Shown here piece by piece: positions 26,001 through 41,000 of a stretch of DNA of 64,000 nucleotides (positions within the stretch are counted from its first letter, which is position 1; each line of letters begins with the position of its first letter). Made by a program: the position numbers and the translations under genes. The notes under the pieces are model-generated. The model ran no database searches, had not been told where the DNA came from, and saw nothing but the letters and a program-made list of their open reading frames with translations. The stretch is from Phoronis australis. Lineage: Eukaryota > Animalia > Phoronida. The DNA lies in assembly GCA_002633005.1 (NCBI GenBank), contig NMRA01000462.1, positions 41,594-105,593 on the forward strand, written 5' to 3'.

Positions 26001-29000
26001 AGCAAATCAAAAAGCTTTGATCTGAAGTGAGAACAACTGGCCATTTGATCAGAGTAAGAGACAAGTTGGAACCGATTCTATAACCGTAAGAGGCCTATAT
26101 CAAAAATCAGTTTTTGATAGAGAAGTCGCAGGTCTATTGCACTGCTGATGAAATCCGAGGGGATTAACAGTTCATAAATTTAAGGCACTTCTTAATTCTT
26201 TTCAATAGAATTATTACCAATATGCTGGGAGTTTAAGTTTTCAAACTGGAATCTCAAAAGGAGAAAGCCGCCGGACAACATCCACGTTTGTATCGAACAT
26301 ATAAACAGCTGTGGAATCCATATTCAAATGCCATTTGCGAGGTGCCGTAAAAAGTTAATCCTCCTCAACACAAAAACAAAACTTAACCTGTAACACAACT
26401 GCAAACAATACAAAATCAACAAATAGAAACTATGAAACACTGGCCACTGATGTGTTTGTCATTGAGGGACATCTATGTCAAGAAGGGTGATATGCGGGAT
26501 CAACTTTTGGCTTGGCGAATAGCACTTCATGTCGTATGCAAAGGTATAAAAAGAGTAAATCCTTCATTCGGTCGATTGCTAACCAGTTTCAATTCCCCAG
26601 GAAGCCCCGCAAGTCCATGATGGGCAAGTCCACATGCACAGCTGAATTTTCCTGAGCAAGGCTTTGCTCAATGATACAACAAGAAAGCAGAAGTCCGAAG
26701 TTGAAAACACGACCTTGAGTGCTAGAGAGTCCACCAAGTCAACCACAGATGGTGTTACTGGTGTTAAAATGTGTCAAACGCATTTCACTTTACATGAGAA
26801 AGTGTTTCTTCAATCAACTAGCAGAATATAAAAAATGACAGATCCCATGGAACCAACTGCTTTGCAAAAAGGCTCAGATAAAAATAAATTATAAATGCAA
26901 ATGCAGAGCATCTTGCTGGTATCTACCTGACTTTCAGCTTCTTGGAGGTCCAGACACTCATTCACGTGCCTTAAAAAGTCTTCACCAGCTGGAAACTGTT
27001 GCTGGCAAATGACGCAACATTCCATCCTGAAGACAGAACATAAGCAAACAATTACCAGTGATCATTACACAGGGCTTCTGCTTCAAAATCAAGTTTCCAG
27101 CACATTCACAAAACCAGCCCCGGTGGTTTACTGATCCTGGTAGTGTAAAAGTTGTACGCTGGGAAACAGCAATGATGTCACAATCCGCGCATCATGTTGC
27201 GGATGTTGAACAATGCTTTTGACATCATCAATCAGCTGAGCTTACCCAACAGATAAATTTTACAAGTTTTAACGCTGGAGTCTGTTTCAAAACATAGTCT
27301 TACGCTCGCTCCTCACAAAAGTAATTTATAGAAATCATGATAGTACATAGCAAAGACTGCAGTTTTGCTCAAGGGAGATTTTATTATTTTTCAGAAACAC
27401 AGTTGTTTGGATCTTAAGACCAAATTTCTGACCAAAGTTTTAAATCACTTTTCATCAAACAAGCGCCTAGGGTCTTACTTGCTTGTGTGTGAAACTGTGT
27501 TGAAACCCTATGATCAATTGTTGAGAAGTAAACACAAGAGAACTAAACAGACCAAGAAATGAAACAACTTACACTGTTTCAAAAGGAACCATGTGTGTCT
27601 GACTATTTGGATGATCTGTGAAAAGTAAAATTAATGTGAGTTAGTGAACAGGTTCTGGTCACAAAATTCCACTAAAAATAACATGCAATACAATATACAA
27701 ATTCACAACTCATAATCGTCAGGTGGAAGTCCAGTCCTACCTGGGGTGCCACTTATGCTTTTGTGGGGACCCACATGCCAATTGAAAATTCCGCTCTACA
27801 TGTCACCTGACATACATGCCGAAGAAAGCATCGCGTGACATTTCAGAACATTACCAGCCTAGTGCATTACAAATATACAGAGATCCCATGGTTTGACCTC
27901 AGTATTACTAGACCAGTCGGCTTCACTTGAACTGTCATACCTATATGCATGTTTCTCTGGATGTTAAACAGCTGTTGAACTCGGCCCATGGAACCACTGG
28001 CAAGTTGGGGAGCTGGAAAAGGAGAACATGGGATACGTATGCATACATCCTGTACAGCCACATGTAACTATTTCTACTGTGCAGTGTTACACATTCCATC
28101 TGACCTAAGTACTGTGGCTCATCTGGAATTGTATAGCACTTAACTATTTCTACTGTGCAGTGTTACACATTCCATCTGACCTAAGTACTGTGGCTCATCT
28201 GGAATTGTATAGCACTTAACTATTTCTACTGTGCAGTGTTACACATTCCATATGACCTAAGTACTGTGGCTCATCTGGAATTGTATAGCACTTAACGAAC
28301 TAATGCAAGGTCAATTCCCAAGGAGCGACCTTTTGAACATTGTCAAAATACATCAAATGTTTCAGAAATGGATGCCTCGTAAGTCTAATTCATATTCATC
28401 TCGGCCCTCTTTCTACTTATCGACAAAGATTTACAAAACTAGTCATTTCCCTACAGCAATTAGTTTATAACACTAAAGATATAGCCTGTGGACACATATA
28501 ACTAAATAACATGAAATCAAATCTTGTAATCTTAAGAGTTCTCCACTGTCCAAAACTAAGAGAACAGAAATGCAGTTAAGCCTCCCACGGGCACACGGGT
28601 GTTTGGGGGTAGTTATGGAAGATGGCTTAACCCAAGAAATTTTTGGAAATTATCAGCTCATTTCCTTTATTTTAGTACAAACTTATCCTTTTTCCAAATT
28701 TTAATGACGCAAAACGCAATTGCAAGCACCTTTTTTGCATAACACACAGTAGCATATTCCGGCTGTAAACAGTATCTGGCTAAACAAGTTTTACCGGGTA
28801 GAAGAGGGTGGGAGAAATCAGCGCTATGCCAACCGCTGAATTTAAGTGGGCACAAAGCCTGCAGAGGACAGCAATTCTTGCACTCCTTCACTTTGTATCC
28901 GTATGTGCAGAGTAAACAAGGGTTCCACTAATGAGATACCTCTACCTGGTGTTAGGTGTCTAGCTCCTAAGCTTGGCCTCAATTTGCGTGCGTGTTATAC

Positions 29001-32000
29001 GTACATTTTGATAAACAAAAAATGTTTTCAAGAGTTTCGTACAGTGGACCAGGCACATCTGATGCATCGGAACACCTGAATTATTTTTATGATACTTGTG
29101 AATGTCAACTCCAGGATTTGAGAAGAGTAAGTCCAATAAATAGTACCAAAAGCAGTAATGGTGGGATATAACGTGCCCGTATTTTGAGAACCAGTTTTCT
29201 CCACTGAATAATGGGCATCAAACTGGTTCTCAAAATCTGGGCACGTTATTTCCGACTATTGCCTCAAAAGCTTTAAAGAAGTTAACCTCACTCCAAACCC
29301 ACACAAGACTGCAATTGCCATACCTCCATCAGTCACACCCACGTGGCCATGTTGACCACACTGATACACGTGACTATCAATCTTTGCGGTTGTAAAGTAG
29401 GCTTGACACTTTGGACATTTCTCGTAGCCAGGCACTGGCTGTGGGAATAGTGAAAAATTCCGTGAATCACAAACACATCAATCAGTAAATTTCTATTAAC
29501 GAAAAAGCTGAAATGTCTCAGTTTAATACACTGAAAACTTGACTAAACACGAAAAACTTCCCATGCTGTTACATATTTCACACCATGAGCTGTTTGTATT
29601 CTCTGTCCATGGAAATGCTCATCAGGAATAACTTTATGTTCATAACTAGAAAACGAAGATAACTTCTGAAATTTTTGGCACTCAGCCTTTAAATGAAAAT
29701 CAGGAGTAACTTACTATTTTAAATATTATACATATTTTTTTTAAATGACATAAGCAAAAATTCTAATTTCAGGCCTCAGAAGTCGTTGCCCTGATATTAA
29801 TATAGAGGGGCCCAGGGGCCCCATTTTTGAAGCTTAGAATGGAATCTCTTGCCAGCGTCATGTTGAGAGCTCTACAAATTATAAAAAAGGTTACTTCTCA
29901 CACCCAAGAAAGCAGTGATAATTGACATGTTTGCACCTGGAGAGCAGATGTGCAACATAGTGTGACCCACGGTATATATTGTTAATGTACCGGTTTTGAC
30001 CTTCCAGTATCCCAACAGAATATAAGGGAAGCCTAATAAGTAGATTATGTGTAATCAAACATGAAGTAAGACATACATTGCCTTCAAGGTAACTCGGCTC
30101 AATAGTAAATAACTTGGGGACATGTTTCCACAGAACAATTAATGTACAGAGATAAACATTATAGCAACCCCTCATACCTACACTACATGTTCCAATTCAG
30201 AAAATCATTAAAACCACTGAGTATAATAATTATGGCACATGGCTCAGCATGTCCCAATGTTTCCAAACATAGACCCACAAGCTTACAAAAGGGTGGGTCC
30301 ATTTTCATAACGTCCTAATTACAGGCCGAAACGGTTTAATGTAAGTCCCTTCCATTAGAACAAAACTTCGCTCGTATTCTCTATGATTTACCTCTTCATC
30401 TTCCTCCTCTTGTGACGATGGTAAAGGTCGAGCTCCTCGCCTCTTCGTCTGGCGAACTTGTCCATTAAATAACCTTTTAGTCACTCTTGAACCCACCAAT
30501 AGGTTCAGATCATCCGATTCAATGCGCTCACGATTTCGGTTCGCGTGTTGGTTTGCCGGCTTCACTGGAGTTTTTTCACTGCCAGAATCAAAGACTACCA
30601 TAACGTCATCGTCGTCATCACTAGTAGGAACTTGATTGTCGTTCTCGACGAAATACTTCGATATGTTTTCACTTTGTTTGTCCATTTTCTTTTCCTTCGC
30701 CTGTCTCGGGAGCCTAGATCGGACGCGACTTGCAACATTACGAGCAGTTCTGCATTTCTTTGTTTTAGAGTCTTCTTTGACCTCTTGTTGTTTCTCCACA
30801 TGCCTCGCATCTGCAACATCAGCATCAGAAGTCAAATGAATCGATACAATAACGTGCAATTGACTATAAACCTATCTCCCATCACAAAACCAACTTTTGA
30901 TTTCGATCCCTTACTATTATGAAATTAGTCTCAAATTGTTTCTCAGTCAAACTGGAGGTGGCGCCTGGACTCTGAAAGAGCTAACAGTTCCCAATGGCAA
31001 AAGACCGTGTTTCGCATAAAATGACAGGCAGTGACAAGTCAACTTTTAGAGGTTGGTCTCAAGAAAGATGAAACTGTCCATTCTTCACATTTGCAAACCC
31101 AGAAATCACTTCTCATCTGAGTAAGGAAAAAGTTGAGACTAATTTTATAGCAATAAGTGGCTTTATATCCACTTAAACAGTGCTTCCCTCTCATATTGCA
31201 ATATCATTCATCACGCGTGGACATTGTTTCAGTCACTATACGACCTAGTTTTGGCCACTATACGTACTAGTTTTGGTTACTACCGTATTCGTCCTAACAA
31301 GCAACCAGGGCGCTTAGAAAAATTCGCTTCAGGAAGGGGGCACTTCTTATAGCCCAAAAGTGGTTGAAATCCGGTCTCCGAAAGTGAACAAAGGTCAAGG
31401 AATATTAGTCATCGAATCGCGCTTGCGTTATTTTTGAAACAAGGCGGAAGTTTGACGAGAGTGTATAGTCACAGCTAAATACCAACATAGCGGCGAGGCT
31501 CATGGTCTACAAAGTCCGCGCACAATGCTTTTTTCAGGACTGTCGGTTCTTATTGATAAATTGAAGACGTTACTGTAAAATTTTAGAACTGTAGGTAAGG
31601 CATTTTTTGCAAGTACACTGCGTTCATGGACTGGGCGCTTATTTTAGCAAAGTCTGAAAATGCATGGGGGGCGCTTATAGGGGCATGGGCGCGTATTAGG
31701 GCGAATACAGTATACGTCCTAGTTTTGGTCACTATAGGGCCCAGTTTTGGTCACTTTAGGGGCTAGTTTTGTCCCTATACGACCTAGTTTTCCAGGTTTT
31801 GTGTATAAAGGATACTTGCTTAATGCCAGTGAAATCACACCTGAAAAATCAATGGCTTCCATGAGTGTCTAGACCTCCAAGCTTCAATAACCATGACTGG
31901 TAATAGCGTTTGTAATAACCAAAGATAAAAAAAAAATTTACCATGTGACGCATAGTTCTACAAATCAACTTATGGGATAGAAATATGTTAACTTCGTTAT

Positions 32001-35000
32001 ATGTATCTTGAAAGAGGACAATTACAAGCCCCATTGTAGCCATTTAACCAGGGAAAAACAGAGCAGAACTTGATATTGGCAAATATAACACAGACTTGGC
32101 CAATATTATTTACCAGCAATGGTTAAAGGCAATTCAGATTCCATGTATGTTTTGAAAAATTCAACGTCTTTCTTGAAAACAGTAGCAAACAAGAAGGTTC
32201 AAAAAAGCATTGCTTGCCTTTATCGCTGTAATTTTGTTTATTTCAGGGCTTGGAATGACCAATGACAAAAAACGCGGAAACTTCTACGGCCCAAATCATG
32301 CCCGCTAACCAGCCTTGAAATGGTCAATGTGAACCTTTCCCNTATTAGTCATCGAATCGCGCTTGCGTTATTTTTGAAACAAGGCGGAAGTTTGACGAGA
32401 GTGTATAGTCACAGCTAAATACCAACATAGCGGCGAGGCTCATGGTCTACAAAGTCCGCGCACAATGATTTTTTCAGGACTGTCAGTTCTTATTGATAAA
32501 TTGAAGACGTTACTGTAAAATTTTAGAACTGTAGGTAAGGCATTTTTTGCATGTACACTGCGTTCATGGACTGGGCGCTTATTTTAGCAAAGTCTGAAAA
32601 TGCGTGGGGGGCACTTATAGGGGCATGGGCGCGTATTAGGGCGAATACAGTATACGTCCAAGTTTTGGTAATTATAGGGCCTAGTTTTTGTCACTATACG
32701 ACCTAATTTTGGTCACTATAGGGCCCAGTTTTGGTCACTATATGACCTAGTTTTGGTCACTTTAGGGGCTAGTTTTTGTCCCTATACGACCTAGTTTTTC
32801 AGGTTTTGTGTATAAAGGATACTTGCTTAATGCCAGTGAAATCACACCTGAAAAACCAACGGCTTCCATGAGTGTCTAGACCTCCAAGCTTCAATAACCA
32901 TGACTGGTAATAGCATTTGTAATAACCAATGATAAAAAAAAGAAAATTTACCATGTGACGCATAGTTCTACAAATCAACTTATGGGATAGAAATATAATA
33001 ACTTTGTTATATGTATCTTGAAAGAGGAAAATTACAAGCCCCATTGTAGCCATTTAACCAGGGAAACACAGAGCAGAACTTGATATTGGCAAATACAACA
33101 CAGACTTGGCCAATAATATTTACCAGCAATGGTTAAAGGCAATTCAGATTCCATGTATGTTTTGAAAAATTCAACATCTTTCTTGAAAACAGTAGCAAAC
33201 AAGAAGGTTCAAAAAAGCATTGCTTGCCTTTATCGCTGTAATTTTGTTTATTTTATCTCTGCCAACACGCAGATTTACACAACAGGATTATAATTTTTGA
33301 GCAACTTTCAAACTTAAAACAAGATTATACCAAATTCTTCCCAATTTCTCTGTTTTTTCCATCTCCTTATTTTGAAACACAAAACAGGACCTTCGATTTA
33401 AGGGCCGAATATCAGCCCCATTCCCCTTTGAAAAATATTTAACAATCACGCAAAATTCCTGTCGTCAGATCAAAAACTACCTCTCCAATGATGGGAAGGG
33501 TGATTTTCCCGCCTAACCAGAAAACTTCCATCTCAGAATGCACAGGACACCTTTCCCGTCCCGTGAGTGAGGGCCTTTCAAAAGGTTGTCAAGTACGAAT
33601 TTTACATGAAAATTCCGCAAGAACTGTTCTCTGGATAATTTTCTGAGATACTATATAACCTTAATCCGATCACTGAAGAATTATTAAAAATAATACCATT
33701 CGTCTCTTCCAACTCTTCCACACAGTACAACTGTGTTTCATCCTCGTCACCAGTCACAGCTTCCTCCTTCTTCAGACCAACATGTTGACCAAGTTTCCGG
33801 CGCCGGATTTCCTCAGTCCGATCATACACATCAGCGCTGCCACCTTTAACTTTGTCGACGTTTTGCTCCGGAGCATCGAGCACCGAATTGGGAAGCAAGT
33901 TGTCGTTTTCATCGTTATCATGACCAACAGCTGTTGTATCACAGTTTGATTTCACACCAATGCTACTGCGTTCTCTCGTGTTTCCGATGGGTTTGTCTTC
34001 TCCTGCTCGTCTTTTCTTCGCTCGAGATAGAGTTGGGATTTCAAACACAAAATTATCATCACCAACATCCTCTTCCTGAGACATCTTTTCCACTGTTGTC
34101 CGTGTCTCCATATTTCTCAGCCGCTTGCACCGAGTTGATTCAACAGAATCTTTGTTCGACGGAGAAATTCGAGCAGAGGACTCTTCCTCAACACCATCAT
34201 CAACTACGTCTGGCAATGTCTGAGACTGAGAAGACGCTTCATAGACGGCCATTAATTCAGCCACGTAATCAAAGTTGCTGTATTCTCTATTGTACGCCAT
34301 CAGTGTGTTTACACAATGACGTCCAGCTACGACTGGCTTTCCCCAGGCCAACTCCGTAGGAAGTCTTGTCTGAGTGTCTCGTAGACAGGTGCGATACACT
34401 TCAAAGAATTGCACAATGCGTTGAGTGGCCTCGTCCAAGTCCACATCGCCCCTTGGTTGAAAGACATCAGCATGTTGATGAATAAACTACAAGTAAGGGA
34501 GCACATCGTTGGACATTTTCCACATCAAAGGATGAAGCAAACTTTTTGAAACATTATTACTTTTAATAAAATGTTGTTCTTGAGCCATCCAGGAATTGCA
34601 TGACATTGTAAAGAGATGGAAGGAGTGGCCAAATCTCCAAGGATCTCAGAATTAGTTAAATACAGTTCAGCAGACAAGGTTCACCTAATTTATTACTTTT
34701 ACTAATTTAAAATCCCCGTTTGATTTTAAGAGATATATTTCAGCATTAAGTACCATTCCACAACAACAGGTAGGCAGCATAAACAGTCCAGTAAAAGGCC
34801 GGTCTCTTTCTTAATCCATGCAATTCATCAAGGAAACACGGACCATTTTCAAAAGTGAATCAATCCTTGTGTGTGTTCAATGGAAGGGAATGCAGGAACA
34901 AGATCTGGGTCCTGAGCTAGGCCGTCAAGACCCCAGAAAAATGTCCAAATTTTGCCAAGTTCAGAACATCATATCTCAGAAATGTCTGATCAGATTCATA

Positions 35001-38000
35001 TGCAACTTTCACATACTACGTTTTTGCACTGTTCTCGACAACGCTGTTTAGAATTGTTCATAAAGTGTTCCAGAATTGCAGAGTTGCATAAAACAAAACC
35101 AAAATACCTTAGAAAACTGAAAAGGCATTTTTGACATTTCTAGGGCTGCCAACCTCAATACGAACATAACGTGTAACCTTCATAATATTGTAAGTGAAAA
35201 CTTGTACAATTTCCAACATTTTCAGAAAGGTCAAATTTCATTTGCACCAAAACAATTTTCAATTTCAAATCATATTGAAGTAAAAAAGCAACATTACGCA
35301 ATAACTCAGCTCATCACATTGATGTTTCTTAGCTCTTGCCATCGGCATGGTTGAGTTCTTTCCACACTACAATGGCCCAATAAACCCCGATATCTCATAA
35401 ATCCTGATACATAATGCTGTTGTAGGCGTCAGGAGAACACAACGTGATTTAATATAGTTAATTCCATTCCCGTTTTCTGAATGTAATCTAATTCTCCGCA
35501 TACTCGTCTCCTAATTTTCGCTCTAGATGTCTCAACACAATTTCCAAAGCATATGATATCCCACCATGCAAAACCAAGTTACCGTATTCGCCGTAATAAC
35601 CGCCCAGGGCGCTTAGAAAAGTTCGGTTCAGGGGGGGCACTTATTATAACCCAAGGCGGTTGAAACCCAGTCTCCGAAATGGGTGAAATCGGAAGCTAAG
35701 ATTCATCAAATTTACGCTCTGTGACGAATATGTAACCTATAAAAGACTTTCAACAAAACTGTTGTGCATTGCTATCAAACTTTGCTGATAAATTACGATC
35801 ATTTTACAGAAAATTGTGCTGAAATCCCAGGGCCAAAACTCGCCGACTGACTGCCTCAAAATCGCCGTCTACGATATGGCGACTTCAGTGCTTGAATAAA
35901 AATGGTTTCGACTCGAGCAAATTACCTGAAATCCTCATTAAGTTTTATAAGTGGCGTCTCTAAGATTTTTAAGTTCCCGTGGAGTCTGGATTAACGGCAG
36001 GTTTAAGTACAAATCTGTGCAACATCGTGCCATCTACATGTATGATCGGCAACACGGCGAGAAAAATGTCTGGATGAACACACGTTGTTGTCACCTGACG
36101 TTTGTTTTGAAGTTCGTCTGCGAGTAAGCGAGCGCGTGCGTGTCACCAGAATTCATTTGCCAAAGCAGAGACCGTCTTTCGGCCAGAGCCACGCAATAAA
36201 ACTAGCTAGATGTGTCTAAAGAAATTTGCACAAGCAGTAGGCCTAAACCAGAGCGTGTTTCATTCAGCACTTGCCGGTCTTGTGCTAAAAACTTTCGACA
36301 TTTGTCTCGGTAAGGCCCATATTATAGTCGCCGTGTAGCTGGATGCGTACGTAACTATCTGGCAGTTATTTTTCGGTGTAAGGGTGTGTAAGCATTCACT
36401 GTCAGTTGTCATTTTATCGGATATTCAGCGTAAAAACACCAATTATGGTTTATCAAACAATCCATCTCAAAAATAACTCAAACATTTTTTATATTAGAAA
36501 TTGTCGGAAATTAGTGCCAATATTCATTTCTTATCGATGCTATGCTACCCGTTTCATGAATGGCTAGTTCCCGACTAATGTCTTTGATGACATGTTCATG
36601 TATGTAGCACGCGCTTCCTGGCCACATGCGTTTCACACCGAGTTATTTTCATTCATGAGACAGTCGATGTGTCTACTGAAAGGTCAGATCATAGTGGGAC
36701 ACGGTCGTGGCGAGAGCGTAGCAACGCTGTTGCGTTCTTTTTGAAGCGCTGCGTTACTTTGAAGTGTAAAGTCACGGCTAAATACAAACGTAGCAGTGCC
36801 GCTGGTGGTCTAGAAGACCGTGCAAATTTTTTTGATAAATTGAAGACGTTACTGTAGCCGAGTTGTAGGACTGTAGGTATGTCATTGTTCGCATGTACAC
36901 GTTCATCGACTGGGCGCTTATTTCAGCAAAGTCTGAAAACGTGTGGGGGGGCGCTTATAGGGGCAAGGGCGGTTATTACGGCAAATACGGTAGCCCATTT
37001 TCCTTGGCCAGTTCTTCACAAAAAATTTGCAAATGACCAGTCACAAAAAGGATATTTCGTATGCAAATTGCATTCTACACTGGTACTCAAGATACATCTT
37101 ATTGGTCAGATCTTGCGTGCTCGACAATTTCCATCACTTTCCAGTGCCTGCCTCAATCTTCCCCGGTCTGACGCTTCGAAACACTGACGATTTTAAATAT
37201 AATTTCAACTTTCATCTGATTTCTTGAAGAGAAATAAATGCTCAAAATGTCCACGAAGTGATCTTTTAGGCCCTATAAGTACGTAGAATAGATAGTTGGC
37301 AACCCTCCATTTAATCTAGGAACATTTGTATCACACAAAATTTAGTCATGTTAGCAATACCGTTGATTTGCTATCAAGGACCTGTAACCAAACTAATCTG
37401 AAGACAACAACAAAAACGTTCACTTTCAAGACTTTTTACAAATAGTGCAAAAGCTTGTACTCCTACACTATTTCAGCCCAATTCTCCATGCACATTACTA
37501 CAAGCCCCAGTTAAATAATAACTGAAAGCTCTCTGATTAAAACTACAATTATACCAGAACACACACAGTACACAACATCACCTATTTAGACCACAATAAG
37601 GCGGATAACAGATATTTATTTTCTTATGAAAAATAATGATTTACTTTTAGTCTAATTTTAGCTAGCTGATTACTGTGGAGATGTTATAAAAACACATTTG
37701 GTAAATTTCCCATTATCTGCAGAAATGTGATCAGTCTTTGAAAAATCGTTATCGGGAAAACAAACCGCCAATTTTGAGAACTGTTTTTGAGCACAAGAAG
37801 TGAAAGATGACCGAACACAAACTGCATGCACGTACGACCCCTACGTTAAATGAATTGGTGAAATTGACGTATCATAATATAATACTCTATCAGTCTTAAG
37901 CCTCAAATTTATACTCACACAGCATTTGCGACGCCTGAAAAAGACATAAGTAATTAAGTATTAAAATTTCAATAAAGGTGTATAATTAACAGATGCCATC

Positions 38001-41000
38001 ACATTGTAAAAGGACATTATTGTTTTACACCCAAAAAAAAGGTTTTTGAGATTACTGCTGGAGGGGATAGATTAAATCCGTTGAGTTTTTGCGATTCCAT
38101 TACAAGTCATCAATTCTAGCCAGACATTTTCTGAACTGAATGCCGGTAACTTTACTAGTTATATGCGCTTAAAGTACTCGGCCAGTTATCTAGCAGGACT
38201 TAGCTCTGCTAGCAGAACGTTAGATCGCAACCGTGAGGGCTCCACGTTCGATTCCACACTGAAGCTGATATCAGAAAATCGCGTTTCTTTTCGATAATGT
38301 GCCTTTAAAGCACACATCAAGTTCTAATCAACTTCTGCAAATGGAAATCTATCAGAACATTGAATCGTGGAACTAATTAGTCTTAGTTTACATATTCTAC
38401 GTACTTTTTGTTAATAAGTATCTCGCCATCCTCCAGGTCAGGTTTTGCCTTTCGAAGACTTCTTAATCTCAAAACACTTGGCTGAAAAAAGACAACAAAA
38501 TTCTACCAAGAAGTGGCAAGTGGTCCAAATTAACAATTGACAGAATATGGACTTGTAACAACATTAAGAACATCAGAACACTTTCATAATAGCTGATGCA
38601 GCCATTAACCTCAACAGACATGTCAAGTTATCACACAAGATAGACGCATATAAAAGGCTTCTTTATTATGAAACAGTCCATGTAGTACTTTAATTTAAAA
38701 ACTCTGTTCTTGTGTTGCTCAGCATACAATTTCAGTTTTCCCCAATGCAACTTTTTCTCGACTTAAAAATGATACACGTCAATGCTAACAGAAAAAATTG
38801 CAAACCTGAACACTGCTCCCTGTCTGCTCTGATTTGCGCGGAGCTTTCGTCGACTTGTCACCCAAAATGTCATCTTCCTTTAACTTCCTCTTTTTAGCAC
38901 AACCAGACGGTAAACAGGACTCCGTGTTTTGACTAGAGCTAAAACAATAGTAGCACATGATTTCACCACACTCAAATGTTGAGCTGACATCAGACAATGG
39001 TTTTTACCATACTCAAATGCTGAGCCCAAGCTCACAGAGAAAGCAAACAAAGACAAAGCTATATAAAATGCAAAAATGCTTGATGCCACAGCTCAGAATG
39101 CAAACAATCTAACACTCGTAAATTCTAACGTCTGCTCTTAGTTTGAAATATCTCACCACTCATCAGTGCTTTGCTCCACCGCCCCGGCACAATTTTCTAC
39201 CTTTTCAGATGCCTGACTGCTTACAGCTGACTGAAAAAGAATCAGCAAGGCTCATGACCTCTGTCTACATACAGAGCACTACACTGAACCCTAGTTACTC
39301 CACCATGAGTGGTATAGACCAGTCACGACAAACGAATCATCAAAACTCATCATTACAGCTACGCCGACAGAGAATTCCGCTTGCGCCGTCATGATGAGGA
39401 ATTCCATTCGTGTAAAGACGCCATGACAGAGAATTCCAGGCAGTTTTCTATGACTGATACTAAGTAGACCTTTCACGACGAGGCACAAAGTAAAACCACA
39501 AAATAGTGATTCAATGTTCGTGAAAAACTTTTTTTTCGATTTTTCGAAGAAAACATTTATGAGGAACAGCTTTTGTTTTCACGGGGAATAACACACCTCT
39601 GACTGAGACTGGAAAAGATCTTGAGATGACTGCACGTCTTCACCTTCAACACGGGCTTCATCTTGTTTGTTACAGCTCATGTCGCCAGTGGTCATTCCTG
39701 CCTCTTTCATAGACTCTTCAAGAGCATTCTACACGGTGGACAACAAATAAGTGGTAAAAGGTACCAAGTTCAGTAGTTCAGAGAATGAATACTCTGCCAT
39801 AAGAACAACAGATATGTGTTTAGTCGAAAACAACAATTAAGACTTGGTTTTTGCACCTTTCACATAAAGAGGATAGTCCTGATATATACTTTCCTACTCC
39901 ATGGATGCAGCAAAGTCGTGCTCCTCTACTGGCCCAGACTTCTATAAATGGATTTAAGTGACACAAGGCATTTCTGTAGTTTCACAAAATCAATACTTCA
40001 TTTCGCTGAACTTCTGCAGTGAATGCAAGTAAAGTGCATCCATGTTGGTATTAATGAGGACTTTATGTCTGTGTAACACACAAAATAACTCCAACTTTCT
40101 GTGTCAGCTACTACATGCAAAATTTCAAGGTCAGCAATTTGAGAAGACGCCCATGTAAGCCATCACAGCAACACTGTTTTTTTCAGAAACTAGAATATAA
40201 ATTATTCTTTCTTAACTTACGCAGATTTGTTCTTTCTCCTCCACTCCCAAGTCTTTGCATTCAATACCATTGTCTGCAACGACACCATTTTGGAAAACAT
40301 ATTTCTGATACCTGAATAACAGGAAACATCCAATTTAACCTGTCAACACCAAAACTGACTTATTTCAAAGTGCAAAGACCAGTTTTGTAGTCCAAACCCT
40401 ATCATTAATCCCTAGTAATACACAGCTTTCTACTGTGTTAATAGTCTAAGCACTGAATATTCACCACTTCATTTATCCATCCATAAGGAATATGTCACGC
40501 TGACATAAAATTGCAGTTATAGAAGCTGTTGTCGATGCCTGGTTACTCAGTTAATTTCACACACTGGTCAACTGCGAAGCCTATATATTCAGCTTATATC
40601 ACATTACAGAAAAAGTACATTTTGGGGGGATCAGTGGAGAATTACTGCAATCCTTGTAATACATAGTAAGATTTGTTATGATATACCACATAAGATCTTG
40701 TTCAACCTCTCCAGTCTATTTTGTTCCTCGCTCCTCTTCCTATCTACCGCTTGATCAGCATCCAGCTCTTGTCCTCGCACTCCTGGCCTAAACTGTTGCA
40801 GGGTGGGTTGACGACGCCCCGTATTGACATCCGCATCCAGGATTTGGAAGTCATCCTTAAAATATCAAGAAGACCCAACTCAAATCACCCTCCATTATAA
40901 ACGCACTGTACCTTTGAAGTGACAGTCATGTGACAAGACAGCCGTCATTGACACCAAGAAAAAAACTACCATACCTCATGTATCAGCTAATGTCTTTACC

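Noticed and set aside
38179-38270. Functional tRNA gene
   Set aside because: B-box-like motif present but acceptor stem and D-arm do not pair properly; treated as SINE head.
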